The notes under the pieces were generated by a model. It did not search any database. It was given only the letters and a program-made list of their open reading frames with translations, and had not been told where the DNA came from. Shown piece by piece: positions 1 to 10,154 of a stretch of DNA of 64,000 bases (the stretch's first letter is position 1; each line of letters opens with the position of its first letter). This stretch comes from a virus (taxonomy: Duplodnaviria > Caudoviricetes): positions 462-64,461 of IMG/VR virus record IMGVR_UViG_3300032282_005433, one strand, 5' to 3'. Both the position numbers and the translations under genes were made by a program.

Positions 1-1
1 T

Positions 2-1090
2 AAAATAATTGATATTCCTTATCAAGAAGCTAAAGGAGTTTGTTGGGCAAGAAACTTGACACAACAACTTTATGATGGAGAAGAATATACACTACAAATA
101 GATTCTCATATGAGATTTGTTAAAGATTGGGATGATATTCTAATCAAGATGATAAAGGGTCTACAAAAGGATGGGTATCAAAAACCTTTACTTACGGGTT
201 ATGTCCCATCCTTTGACCCTGAAAACGACCCTGCAGGACGCTCACAAGAAGCTTGGAGAATGGTGTTTGACAGATTTATTCCTGAAGGGGCTGTATTCTT
301 TTTACCTGAGACAATTCCAGGGTGGAGAGAAATGAAAAAACCGGTAACTGCAAGGTTTTATTCTGCTCACTTTTGTTTTACTTTAGGACAATTTTCAACA
401 GAAGTTCAACATAATCCCGAATATTATTTCCACGGTGAAGAAATTTCTATTGCGGCAAGAGCATATACATGGGGATATGATTTATTTCATCCACATATTC
501 CTGTTGTTTATCACGAGTATACTCGTAAGGGTAGGACAAAACAATGGGATGATGATAAAGGTTGGGGCGAAAGAAATAGAATATCTCATTTAACTAATAG
601 AAAGTTATTTGGTATGGATGGTGAAAAACAAGAAGGTCATGATGGTTTATTTGGATTTGGACCTGTTAGGTCATTAAGGGATTATGAAAAATATTCGGGA
701 TTGCTTTTTGAAAGAAGGGCTATTCAACAATACACTATTGATAAAAAATATCCTCCAAACCCATATAATTATGCGTCAGAGGAAGAATGGAAAGAAGATT
801 TTGCTTCTGTATTTAAACATTGTATTGATGTTGGATATTCTAGTGTTCCTGAAAAGGATTATGATTTTTGGGTTGTTGCATTTCACGGACCAAATGATGA
901 AACTTTATTTAGAAAAGATTCTGATAAAAATGAAATTGATGGATATTTTAGAGACCCAGATAAGTATTGTAAAGTTTGGAGAGAATTTCAAACGGCGATA
1001 TTACCAACATATTGGGTTGTTTGGCCACACTCAGAATCAAAAGGATGGTGTGATAGAATTACAGGTCAATTAAATAATGTCGTAAGTTAA
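2..1090 (+). CDS. GT60-like (Gnt1/Gnt2-type) protein GlcNAc-transferase, 5'-partial
   Basis: The frame is open from base 2 (KIIDIPYQEAKGVCWARNLTQQLY), so the TTG at 56 is probably not the start. Motifs GVCWAR, LQIDSHMRF..DWD, YSAHFCF, F.GEEI..AAR.YT.GYD.F.P match the GT60 family. Confidence 0.75.
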   Translation, partial: KIIDIPYQEAKGVCWARNLTQQLYDGEEYTLQIDSHMRFVKDWDDILIKMIKGLQKDGYQKPLLTGYVPSFDPENDPAGRSQEAWRMVFDRFIPEGAVFFLPETIPGWREMKKPVTARFYSAHFCFTLGQFSTEVQHNPEYYFHGEEISIAARAYTWGYDLFHPHIPVVYHEYTRKGRTKQWDDDKGWGERNRISHLTNRKLFGMDGEKQEGHDGLFGFGPVRSLRDYEKYSGLLFERRAIQQYTIDKKYPPNPYNYASEEEWKEDFASVFKHCIDVGYSSVPEKDYDFWVVAFHGPNDETLFRKDSDKNEIDGYFRDPDKYCKVWREFQTAILPTYWVVWPHSESKGWCDRITGQLNNVVS

Positions 1091-1101
1091 AAACATATAT
1101 A

Positions 1102-1914
1102 ATGAAAATTAAATTAATTGATGAAAATTTAGTAGGTCAAAAAGGATTATCAAAGTACTCTGACCCCGAATCGGGATGGGAAAGAGATATTACTGATTAT
1201 GATGTTGCAATATATACTGACAACATGGGAAACACTCAACCGATAGACATTAGTAAAATAAATTGTGCTTGGATTATTGAGCCCCCTATTATTAACGGAG
1301 AAAATTATATTAAAGTCATTAACAATAAAAATAATTTTAAATATATTTTTACACATATAAAAAACATAGGAGAAAAAACTGAAAACTTTGTTTATATCCC
1401 TCATGGTGGTACTTGGATTGAAGATTCAGATATTTCAATTCATGATAAAACAAAATTAACAAGTTGTATTTTTTCTTGGAAAAATTGGAATTCATATCAT
1501 AGTATGAGATTCAGAGTTTATGATAGATTAAAAAATGATTCAAGAGTAGATTTTTATGGTAGTGGTTGTGATAAACCCATTGATAAAAAAATTAAAGCAT
1601 TAAAAAACTATAGATTTTCTATTGTAATTGAAAATAGTATTGAATCAGATTATTTTACAGAAAAATTGTTAGATTGTTTTTTAACCGGTACAATTCCTAT
1701 TTATGTCGGCTCAAGAACAACTGGCACTTACTTTGATACTAATGGTATTATATACTTTGAGGGGGACGAAGATTTACCAGAAATATTAGATAAATTAACA
1801 GAAGAATTATATTTGGAAAAATTTGAATCGGTTAAACGCAATTTTGATTTAGCAAAAAAATATATGCATCCTGAAAAAATAATTAATAAATTTTTAAAAG
1901 AAAAATTATTATGA
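1102..1914 (+). CDS. GT10-like (alpha-1,3/4-fucosyltransferase family) glycosyltransferase
   Basis: YRFSIVIENSIESDYFTEKLLDCFLTGTIPIYVG is the GT10 signature motif. Confidence 0.8.
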   Translation: MKIKLIDENLVGQKGLSKYSDPESGWERDITDYDVAIYTDNMGNTQPIDISKINCAWIIEPPIINGENYIKVINNKNNFKYIFTHIKNIGEKTENFVYIPHGGTWIEDSDISIHDKTKLTSCIFSWKNWNSYHSMRFRVYDRLKNDSRVDFYGSGCDKPIDKKIKALKNYRFSIVIENSIESDYFTEKLLDCFLTGTIPIYVGSRTTGTYFDTNGIIYFEGDEDLPEILDKLTEELYLEKFESVKRNFDLAKKYMHPEKIINKFLKEKLL

Positions 1915-2549
1915 CATATTGTTCACAATTAGGTCAGGATAGATTTATAGATGAGTTATTTAAAAAGAAGAGAAATGGGGTTTTTGTCGATATAGGGGCA
2001 AATGAAGGTGTTCAAATTTCAAATACATTATTTCTTGAAAAAGAAAGAGGATGGACTGGAATATGTATTGAACCTTTGCCTGTTGAATTTAAAAAATTAA
2101 CAGAAAACAGAAATTCAATAAATTTGAATATATGTGTTTCTGATTTTGAAGGAGAAACCGATTTTACATATGTTGAGGGTTATGCAAACATGTTATCGGG
2201 TATGTCTGACCAATATAATAAAATTCATATGGAAAGAGTTTTGGGAGAGGTAAATCATTATGGAGGTAAAATACATAATATAAGAGTACCGGTTAAAACA
2301 TTACAAAGTGTTCTTGATGAACATAACGTTTTGAATATTGATTTTTGTTCAATTGATACTGAAGGTTCTGAATTTAGTATAGTCAAATCTATTGATTTTG
2401 ATAAAACTAATATAAAAGTTTTTATTATTGAAAATAATTATAAAGAAACTAATATCAAAAATTTTCTTGAGACAAAAGGATATTCTTTGTATAATAAATT
2501 AGAATGGGATGATGTCTTTGTTAAAAATGAAATAATCAGTAATGTATAA
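1911..2549 (+). CDS. FkbM-family SAM-dependent methyltransferase
   Basis: SQLGQD, FVDIGANEG..SNT, W.GICIEP, IDFCSIDTEGSE motifs; ATGA overlap with the upstream gene. Confidence 0.9.
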   Translation: MTYCSQLGQDRFIDELFKKKRNGVFVDIGANEGVQISNTLFLEKERGWTGICIEPLPVEFKKLTENRNSINLNICVSDFEGETDFTYVEGYANMLSGMSDQYNKIHMERVLGEVNHYGGKIHNIRVPVKTLQSVLDEHNVLNIDFCSIDTEGSEFSIVKSIDFDKTNIKVFIIENNYKETNIKNFLETKGYSLYNKLEWDDVFVKNEIISNV

Positions 2550-3300
2550 TAATGTTATTATAACCGCAACAAATAGTCCTTATTTTGAATCTTTATTAAC
2601 ATTGATTAGTAGTATTCATAAAAATGGTTTAAATACGGTGGATAAAATATTGGTATATAATATAGGTTTAACAACAGATGAGATAAATCAATTATCTAAA
2701 TTAAAAAAAGTTGATTTAATCACTTTTACTGATTTTGAAATAAATCAACATCCGTTATTTTTAGAAGGTAAAAGTCATGTATATAAATGTTATTGTTTAT
2801 ACCATGCGTCAAAATTATCAAACAATGTTTTATGGATTGATTCCGGAGCATTTTTTTTAAAAGACTTTAAAATAATCTTTGATATTATTAATAATGATGA
2901 TATATTTTTAGTGGGTGATGTTCATATAAATAAAACTTATACTCATTCAAAATGTATTAAAATAATGGGGGCAACAGAATCTGAATTATCTGATAACCAT
3001 TTATCTTCAGGTGTTATTGGGTTTAAATCAAATGGTAAATATCAAAAACTTATAGATGAATCGTCATACTATTCTTTAATTGAAGGATGTTGCGATGGGG
3101 ATTATGAAAATCATAGACATGACCAAAGCGTCTTATCTATATTGGCTTCAAGATATGATTGTCAAAAACAAGACATAGACACATATGGTTATTGGACAGA
3201 TTTTAAAAGAAATTTAATAACTGCAACAGAAAGGGGTGCAGTTATTTTTGTTCATAGAAATGGACTTAATGATAAAAGTAATTTAATATATGAAGATTAA
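2542..3300 (+). CDS. putative GT-A fold glycosyltransferase (DUF1647-like)
   Basis: VIITA..S.YF, VLWIDSG and HRHDQSVLSIL motifs; lies in an overlapping GT operon. Confidence 0.6.
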   Translation: MYNNVIITATNSPYFESLLTLISSIHKNGLNTVDKILVYNIGLTTDEINQLSKLKKVDLITFTDFEINQHPLFLEGKSHVYKCYCLYHASKLSNNVLWIDSGAFFLKDFKIIFDIINNDDIFLVGDVHINKTYTHSKCIKIMGATESELSDNHLSSGVIGFKSNGKYQKLIDESSYYSLIEGCCDGDYENHRHDQSVLSILASRYDCQKQDIDTYGYWTDFKRNLITATERGAVIFVHRNGLNDKSNLIYED

Positions 3301-4012
3301 TTTTAATGAAATACCTAAGTTTGTTGTAAACTTAAAAAGAAGAGAAGATAGGCTTGAAGAGGTGAAAAAAGAATTTGAATATATGGGTTGGAGCTTTGAA
3401 AGATTTGATGCCATTGATACAAATAGCTATATTGGTTGTGGATTATCACATCAAGAAATTGCAAAAATAATTCTAGAAAGAGGTTATTCACATGCAATAG
3501 TTTTTGAAGATGATATATTTTTTATGCCGTATGCGAAAAAACTTATTGTGGAGATTGAAAAAGAATTAAACAAAATAGATTGGGACTTTTTCCATTTTGC
3601 ACCATCAATACACAGACCTTTAAATAAATTCTCAGAAAATTTAGTTGATTTAACAAATCTACCACCTAAAGACCCTATCAGACACAGAGGCATTTTTGGT
3701 ACTTCAGGATTTATTTTAACACCAAAGGCATGTGAATATATTATCAAGTGGGATACAAATGATATTATTGAAAATAGCCATAGGCAAGTACCTATTGATG
3801 AATTTTTAAATAATGGTGTATATCCAAACATTAAATCTTTTTCCGCTAAATTACCATTAATTGTTCAAAAAACAGGATACTCGGATATTAATGGAACTAT
3901 AGATTCAAACCATTATATAATGACATATAATTGGAATGTTTATTTTCCTGATAAATTAGAAAATGTTTATTTAGATTATAATAATTGTATAAAAATTAGA
4001 AATGAAAGTTAA
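3290..4012 (+). CDS. GT25-family glycosyltransferase
   Basis: FVVNLKRREDR, RFDAID, GCGLSH, AIVFEDD, PID and Q..GYSDI motifs. Confidence 0.85.
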   Translation: MKINFNEIPKFVVNLKRREDRLEEVKKEFEYMGWSFERFDAIDTNSYIGCGLSHQEIAKIILERGYSHAIVFEDDIFFMPYAKKLIVEIEKELNKIDWDFFHFAPSIHRPLNKFSENLVDLTNLPPKDPIRHRGIFGTSGFILTPKACEYIIKWDTNDIIENSHRQVPIDEFLNNGVYPNIKSFSAKLPLIVQKTGYSDINGTIDSNHYIMTYNWNVYFPDKLENVYLDYNNCIKIRNES

Positions 4013-4886
4013 ATTTATCACCGCAATATATAATAATTTGTTTGGTACCGAATTAGGAGGAAGACCAAGTAGAAAAGGACATTACAAATACAGTTTGCTA
4101 TCTTTATTAAAGATGACAGATGCAGACTTTTTATGTTATACAAATGAACAAGAGTTAAATGAGTTGGAAAATTTTTTCTATACTGAACATTTAATTTCAA
4201 AAGAACAATTACAATTTAAAATTTTTAATTTATCCAATACAAAATTTAAAGATATTATAAACAAATATAAAGATACTGAAAGTTCAAAACGTTCTGATAG
4301 ATGTATCGAAATACAATATTCAAAATTTCATTGGTGGTGGAATGAGGATAAATCTTATGATTATTATTATTGGATTGATGCCGGATTATCTCATTGTGGT
4401 TTAATACCAAATGTGTATCTACAAGGTAGTAAACATTCTGAAAGAAAATATTATGAAAGTGAGTTGTTCAACAATACATTTTTAAAAAATTTGATAAAAT
4501 TTTCGTCAGATAAATTTTTTATTATGATGAAAGATAATGTCAGAAATTATTGGTCTGGTACTGTAAACCCAAAATGGTATAATGAGTTTTGTATGGAATA
4601 TCATGTGATTGGCGGAATGTTTGGAGGCAAAAAAGAAAATTGGGATAATTTGGTTAATATATTTGAGAAATACGCCTATGATATAATAACAACAGATTAT
4701 AATATTCCAATGGAAGAAAATATTATGACTTTGATGTATTATAATCATAAGGATTTATTTTCTATAAAAACATTTGATACTTGGTGGTGTAAAGATAATG
4801 GGCCAAAAGATATGGATGAAAATTATTATGAAATAAATAAAAGTTTTTATAAAATTTTAGAAGAACTTAATAGAACATATGAGTAA
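4002..4886 (+). CDS. HtrL/YibB-like glycosyltransferase
   Basis: ITA.Y, IQYSKF.W, YYWIDAGL, IGGMFGG, EENIM motifs; paralogous to the N-terminal half of the next gene. Confidence 0.6.
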   Translation: MKVKFITAIYNNLFGTELGGRPSRKGHYKYSLLSLLKMTDADFLCYTNEQELNELENFFYTEHLISKEQLQFKIFNLSNTKFKDIINKYKDTESSKRSDRCIEIQYSKFHWWWNEDKSYDYYYWIDAGLSHCGLIPNVYLQGSKHSERKYYESELFNNTFLKNLIKFSSDKFFIMMKDNVRNYWSGTVNPKWYNEFCMEYHVIGGMFGGKKENWDNLVNIFEKYAYDIITTDYNIPMEENIMTLMYYNHKDLFSIKTFDTWWCKDNGPKDMDENYYEINKSFYKILEELNRTYE

Positions 4887-6564
4887 TATAACATTAGTAA
4901 CAGGTATTTGGGATATTGGTCGCGGAAATTTAAGCGAAGGATGGTCAAGAAATTATCAACATTATTTAGATAGATTTGAAAAACTTTTAGAAGTTGACAC
5001 AAATATGATAATATTTGGTGATGAAGAATTAAAAACTTTTGTTTCGAGCAGAAGGAATGATTCAAATACTCAATTTATTGTACGACCATTATCATGGTTT
5101 CAAAATAATGAATTTTTTGATAAAGTACAAAAAATAAGAGTGAGGGAAGATTGGTTAAGTAGGTCAGGATGGTTAAGAGATTCTACACAAGCTAAATTGG
5201 AGAATTATAATCCTCTTGTGATGTCTAAAGTATTTTTATTAAATGATGCTAAAATAATGGATAAATTTAATTCTGAATATATGTTCTGGATTGACGGAGG
5301 AATTACAAATACTGTCCATCCAGGGTATTTTACTCATGATAAAGTATTGGATAAATTATCCAAATATATTTCAAAATTTTCTTTTATTTGTTTTCCTTAT
5401 GGAGCTGAAACTGAAATTCATGGTTTTGAATATAATAAATTAAATTCAATTGCCGGAAATAAAGTAAATAAAGTTGCCAGAGGTGGATTTTTTGGAGGTC
5501 CAAAAAATACAATATCTGATATAAATGGAATTTATTATAATCTATTAAAATCTACATTAGATGAAGGTTATATGGGAACTGAAGAAAGTATATTTTCCAT
5601 TATGGTGTATAGGCATTCTGATTTGATAAATTATTTTGAAATAGAATCAAATGGGTTAATTGGTAGGTTTTTTGAAGATTTAAAAAACGATACTTTATTA
5701 GTTAAAAGTGAAAATCAAATTAGTCCCGTTAATGAAGTAACCAATAATTTAGATGTTAATAAATGTGGATTATATGTTATAACATTCAATAGTCCAAAAC
5801 AATTTAGAACTTTAATTGACTCAATGTTGGCTTATGATAAAGATTATATAATAAAAACAAAAAAATTTTTATTAGATAATTCATCTGATTTATCAACCAC
5901 AGAAGAATATTTGGAGATTTGTAAAGAATTTAATTTTGAACATATTAAAAAAGATAATTTAGGTATTTGTGGGGGTAGACAATGGATTGCTGAACATTTT
6001 GAAAATACAGATTTAGATTATTATTTATTTTTTGAAGATGATATGTTTTTTTACCCAACAGAAGGTAAAGTATGTAGAAATGGGTTTAATAGATACACTC
6101 CAAACTTATATACCAAGTCATTAGAAATAATGAAAAAAGAAAATTTTGATTTCCTAAAATTAAATTATTCCGAATTTTTTGGAGATAATGGAACTCAATG
6201 GTCATGGTATAATGTACCACAAAATGTTAGAAGTGAATTTTGGCCAAGTAAAACAAGGTTACCAGAAACAGGATTAGACCCAAATGCGCCAAAAACACAA
6301 TTTAATAAAATATTATCATATAACGGTATACCATATGCGGTTGGTGAAATTTATTATTGTAATTGGCCTCAAATAGTTAGTAGAACAGGAAATAAAAAAA
6401 TGTTTTTAGATATTACATGGGCTCACCCTTTTGAACAAACTTGGATGAGTCATATGTACCAATTGGTTAAAAAAGACGAATTAAACCCTGGAATATTACT
6501 TATGACTCCCACAGAACATAATAGATTTGAACATTACGACAGGGGGCTTAGAAAAGAGTCATAA
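4879..6564 (+). CDS. two-domain glycosyltransferase (HtrL-like N-terminus plus GT2-like C-terminus)
   Basis: N-half: ITLVTG.WDIGR, MSKVFLL, FWIDGG, RGGFFGG, GTEESIF. C-half: YVITFN, LLDNSS, NLGICGGR, YLFFEDD. Confidence 0.65.
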   Translation: MSNITLVTGIWDIGRGNLSEGWSRNYQHYLDRFEKLLEVDTNMIIFGDEELKTFVSSRRNDSNTQFIVRPLSWFQNNEFFDKVQKIRVREDWLSRSGWLRDSTQAKLENYNPLVMSKVFLLNDAKIMDKFNSEYMFWIDGGITNTVHPGYFTHDKVLDKLSKYISKFSFICFPYGAETEIHGFEYNKLNSIAGNKVNKVARGGFFGGPKNTISDINGIYYNLLKSTLDEGYMGTEESIFSIMVYRHSDLINYFEIESNGLIGRFFEDLKNDTLLVKSENQISPVNEVTNNLDVNKCGLYVITFNSPKQFRTLIDSMLAYDKDYIIKTKKFLLDNSSDLSTTEEYLEICKEFNFEHIKKDNLGICGGRQWIAEHFENTDLDYYLFFEDDMFFYPTEGKVCRNGFNRYTPNLYTKSLEIMKKENFDFLKLNYSEFFGDNGTQWSWYNVPQNVRSEFWPSKTRLPETGLDPNAPKTQFNKILSYNGIPYAVGEIYYCNWPQIVSRTGNKKMFLDITWAHPFEQTWMSHMYQLVKKDELNPGILLMTPTEHNRFEHYDRGLRKES

Positions 6565-6569
6565 CAATA

Positions 6570-6576
6570 TATTTAT
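6570..6576 (+). promoter_or_regulatory. TATTTAT upstream motif (candidate phage promoter), 4 nt before ATG
   Basis: TATATTTATTGTT-ATG(6581); the same heptamer precedes many genes in the window. Confidence 0.5.
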
Positions 6577-6580
6577 TGTT

Positions 6581-6958
6581 ATGGAATTTTTTATCAAAAA
6601 GAATGCAACTTTGCCTGTTTTAAAAATGCAAGTTGTTAAAGACGGTAGAAGCGGATATGACCAATTCATGAATGATTTGATAATATCATCAATTTATTTT
6701 TCAATGATTGATGTTCAAACCGGAATACCTAAAATTGTTTCGGCCCCTGCAGATATTGTCGGATTACTTTTACCTGAAGGTTCAACAACTGAATATTACA
6801 TATATTTTAAATTTACAAGTAGAGATACAAATACCCCTGGAAGATACCAAGGTCAATTTTTAATTAAAAATGATGAAGGAAATCTTATATTACCATTAAG
6901 AGAAGAATTGTATATTAATATTCAAGATTCATTTATTTCTGAAACTGCTTGTTGTTAA
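6581..6958 (+). CDS. BppU-N-like Ig-fold virion protein
   Basis: Better start is the ATG at 6581 (MEFFIKKNATLPVL). F.IK...T.P.L and DT..PG.Y.G.F.I patterns resemble BppU N-terminal domains. Confidence 0.5.
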   Translation: MEFFIKKNATLPVLKMQVVKDGRSGYDQFMNDLIISSIYFSMIDVQTGIPKIVSAPADIVGLLLPEGSTTEYYIYFKFTSRDTNTPGRYQGQFLIKNDEGNLILPLREELYINIQDSFISETACC

Positions 6959-6990
6959 TTTGATTAATCAAAATCATTTTTTATATTTAT
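6959..6990 (+). promoter_or_regulatory. candidate host-RNAP promoter of the DNA polymerase gene
   Basis: TTTG(6959)-N19-TATATTTA(6982) fits the Bacteroidota -33/-7 layout; also readable as TTGATT-N16-TATATT. The upstream element lies inside the perfect palindrome TTTGATTAATCAAA (6959-6972). Confidence 0.55.
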
Positions 6991-6997
6991 TTATTAA

Positions 6998-7032
6998 GGT
7001 TAACTTCACTATAATGTGAAAGCTAATGAACC
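6998..7032 (+). promoter_or_regulatory. stem-loop in the DNA polymerase leader
   Basis: GGTT..TTCAC-TATAAT-GTGAA..AACC, ending 17 nt before the ATG. Confidence 0.4.
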
Positions 7033-7049
7033 ATTTTAAATAAACTATT

Positions 7050-9836
7050 ATGATATCTAACGAAGAGATTGAATCATTCCTATTAGGTAATGACCCCGAA
7101 GAATTTATTGTAGCAATCGAATTTGACTACTTATCTAATTCAATTTACAAAATCAAAGAAATTCCTGGTAAAGGAAAAGAAATTAGAAAAGACACATTTA
7201 TCCCATTTGCTTGGGTTGGTGATTTACGCGGACTAAAGTTTTATAATGACTCCAAAGGAGTTCAGAAAGAAGCCATGACTAAGTATGGTATTATGATTGA
7301 GAAATTAGAAACTCATGATAATGAAAGGCTTAATAATGGTATGACTTTTATGGTTAAATCATTAAAAGGTTATAGAGAGTTAATTCAATTTTTTAGGGAT
7401 GGTGGATGTGACCCTTGGGGTGATAGGGCAAAAGATAAAATTATAATTCTACCTCCTGTAGAACAATATTTAATTGCAAGAGAAAAAAGATTATTTAAAG
7501 GATTTGAAGATTACAATCAAATTACTCGACTTGTATTTGACTTGGAAACAACTTCATTAGAACCTGAAAATGGTCAGATATTCATGATTGGTATAAAAAC
7601 CAATAAAGGGTATCATAGGGTTATTGAATGTATTGATGAGGACCAAGAAAAGGGTGCAATTATAGAATTCTTCAAGGTTATTGATGAGTTAAAACCAAGT
7701 ATTATTTCGGGTTATAATTCAGCAAACTTCGACTGGCATTGGATATTTGAAAGATGTAGAATTTTAAAGATTGACCCTAAAAAGATTTGTAAATCTTTAC
7801 ACCCCCAACATTCGTTTACAAGAAAAGATAGTATGTTAAAACTTGCCAACGAGGTTGAAAATTTTGTTCAGACATCGATATGGGGTTATAATAGTATTGA
7901 TATTATTCATGCTGTTCGTAGAGCTCAAGCGATTAATTCAAGTATTAAGAGTGCTGGTTTGAAATACATTACAAAATATATTAAATCGGAATCTGCAGAC
8001 CGAGTTTATATTGAACATGAGAATATTGGTAAAATGTATACTAACAAAGAAGAATATTGGTTGAATGTTACTAATGGTAATTACAAAAAAGCAACAGAGT
8101 ATACTGATTTAGATATAAAGTTCCCTGGAATATATCAGAAAATAACAGGGGATAAGTTGGTTGAAATGTATCTTGATGATGACTTGGATGAAACTTTAAA
8201 AGTTGACCATGAGTTTAATCAGGCATCGTTTTTGTTAGCTTCGATGATTCCAACAACATATGAAAGGGTTTCTACAATGGGTACTGCAACATTATGGAAA
8301 ATGTTAATGTTGGCTTGGTCTTATAAACATAATTTGGCCATTCCCGCAAAACAAGGTAAAACTGATTTTGTCGGTGGTTTATCTAGATTGTTAAAAGTGG
8401 GATACTCAAAGAATGTTTTAAAACTTGACTTTAGTTCACTATATCCATCAATCCAATTGGTTCATGATGTATTTCCTGAATGTGATGTTACGGGGGCGAT
8501 GAAAGGAATGTTAAAGTATTTTAGAGATACCCGTATCAAATACAAAGAACTTGCGGAAAAGTATTATACTACTGACCCTGAAAAGTCTGCGTCATACGGT
8601 AACAAACAATTACCGATTAAGATATTCATTAACTCAATGTTCGGTGCGTTATCGGCACCTCAAGTTTATGCTTGGGGGGATATGTTTATGGGAGAACAAA
8701 TTACCTGTACAGGTAGACAATATCTTCGTCAAATGATTAAATTCTTTATGTCTCGTGGATATACCCCTCTGGTGATGGATACGGATGGTGTAAACTTCTC
8801 ATCTCCTGATAACGTGGATGAACACACGTATATTGGTAGGGGTCTAAATTGGAAGGTTAAAGAGGGTTTAGAATATACTGGTCCTGAAGCGGATGTGGCA
8901 GAATATAACGATATTTTTATGAGAGGTGAAATGGCTCTTGATACTGATGGTGTTTGGCCGTCATGTATTAATTTGGCTCGTAAGAATTATGCGGTAATGG
9001 ATTCAAAAGGAAAAATAAAATTGACAGGTAATAGTATTAAATCAAAAAAACTTCCTTTATATATTGAAGAATTTTTGGATATTGGAATTAAGTTTTTATT
9101 ACAAGGAGACGGGAAATCATTTGTAGAATATTACTACGAGTACCTACAGGTAATATTTGATAAAAAAATACCGTTAAGTAAAATCGCACAAAGAGCTAAA
9201 GTTAAATTAACTCTTGATGATTATAAAAAAAGGTTATCAACTAAGACTAAATCCGGTAATAGTATGAGTAGAATGGCTCATATGGAACTTGCAATACAAA
9301 ATAACTTGAGTGTTAACTTAGGAGATGTTATTATGTATGTTAATAACGGAACTAAAGCATCTCAGGGTGATGTTCAAAAGATGACTGTAAAACAAATAAA
9401 AGATACAAACGCCGTTAATTTATTTAACAATCCAAAATCTAAACCTATCACAGATGGTGTAATGGTTAATTGTTATATGTTAGATAAAGATATTTTGGAT
9501 ACAGACCCTAAGTTAACTGGAGATTATAATGTACCAAGAGCAATTGCAACATTTAATAAAAGAATTGAACCTTTAATGGTTGTTTTTAAAGATGAAGTTA
9601 GAAATGGATTAATTGTTAGTGACCCTGCCGAAAGAGGTATATTTACAACGTCCCAATGTGAACTTATAAATGGACATCCATTAGACGAAGGTTCTCAAGA
9701 TAGTTTAGAAGAAGTTATGACATTATCTGACGGGGAAATATCTTACTGGGAAAAAAGAGGCCTTGATTCAAATTATATGTATAAATTGGCTGAAGAAGGC
9801 TGGGAAGATAAATTAAGATTGCTTCAACCCGTCTGA
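7050..9836 (+). CDS. family B DNA polymerase with 3'-5' exonuclease
   Basis: ExoI FDLETT, ExoII GYNSANFD, motif A DFSSLYPS, motif B KIFINSMFG, motif C MDTDG. Confidence 0.95.
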   Translation: MISNEEIESFLLGNDPEEFIVAIEFDYLSNSIYKIKEIPGKGKEIRKDTFIPFAWVGDLRGLKFYNDSKGVQKEAMTKYGIMIEKLETHDNERLNNGMTFMVKSLKGYRELIQFFRDGGCDPWGDRAKDKIIILPPVEQYLIAREKRLFKGFEDYNQITRLVFDLETTSLEPENGQIFMIGIKTNKGYHRVIECIDEDQEKGAIIEFFKVIDELKPSIISGYNSANFDWHWIFERCRILKIDPKKICKSLHPQHSFTRKDSMLKLANEVENFVQTSIWGYNSIDIIHAVRRAQAINSSIKSAGLKYITKYIKSESADRVYIEHENIGKMYTNKEEYWLNVTNGNYKKATEYTDLDIKFPGIYQKITGDKLVEMYLDDDLDETLKVDHEFNQASFLLASMIPTTYERVSTMGTATLWKMLMLAWSYKHNLAIPAKQGKTDFVGGLSRLLKVGYSKNVLKLDFSSLYPSIQLVHDVFPECDVTGAMKGMLKYFRDTRIKYKELAEKYYTTDPEKSASYGNKQLPIKIFINSMFGALSAPQVYAWGDMFMGEQITCTGRQYLRQMIKFFMSRGYTPLVMDTDGVNFSSPDNVDEHTYIGRGLNWKVKEGLEYTGPEADVAEYNDIFMRGEMALDTDGVWPSCINLARKNYAVMDSKGKIKLTGNSIKSKKLPLYIEEFLDIGIKFLLQGDGKSFVEYYYEYLQVIFDKKIPLSKIAQRAKVKLTLDDYKKRLSTKTKSGNSMSRMAHMELAIQNNLSVNLGDVIMYVNNGTKASQGDVQKMTVKQIKDTNAVNLFNNPKSKPITDGVMVNCYMLDKDILDTDPKLTGDYNVPRAIATFNKRIEPLMVVFKDEVRNGLIVSDPAERGIFTTSQCELINGHPLDEGSQDSLEEVMTLSDGEISYWEKRGLDSNYMYKLAEEGWEDKLRLLQPV

Positions 9837-10148
9837 ACTTAAAATATACCAACTACCTCCACAAAATCTAAATTCAACACAAGCGTATCTGTCCAATAAA
9901 ATTTCATCATAGTCTTCATCAATTCTATTAACATCAGGTCTTATTGTTGTTCTAATCATTGATTTAACAACAATATGGTCTGTTGTTTTTGAATTTAAAA
10001 TAACTATAGATTCCGATACTCCCATCGTTATAATACAATCTTCTCCGTTTGTACTATATTCTAATTCGGAAATTAATGATACTTCTGAAGTGTTAATTAT
10101 TTCTCCGTTAATAATTTTTTGTGCGGGTATTGTTCTTATTATTGCCAT
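9813..10148 (-). CDS. hypothetical protein, probably virion-associated
   Basis: 111-aa ORF immediately downstream of the neck gene on the same strand; 24-nt convergent overlap with the polymerase 3' end. Confidence 0.6.
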   Translation of the reverse strand: MAIIRTIPAQKIINGEIINTSEVSLISELEYSTNGEDCIITMGVSESIVILNSKTTDHIVVKSMIRTTIRPDVNRIDEDYDEILLDRYACVEFRFCGGSWYILSSDGLKQS

Positions 10149-10154
10149 AAATAA

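Noticed and set aside
684-1073. Alternative-frame 129-aa ORF inside the GT60-like gene, and similar short nested ORFs in the track (e.g. 8551, 21771, 37302, 54200)
   Set aside because: Fully nested in well-supported genes with no recognisable motifs; expected by chance in AT-rich coding DNA.
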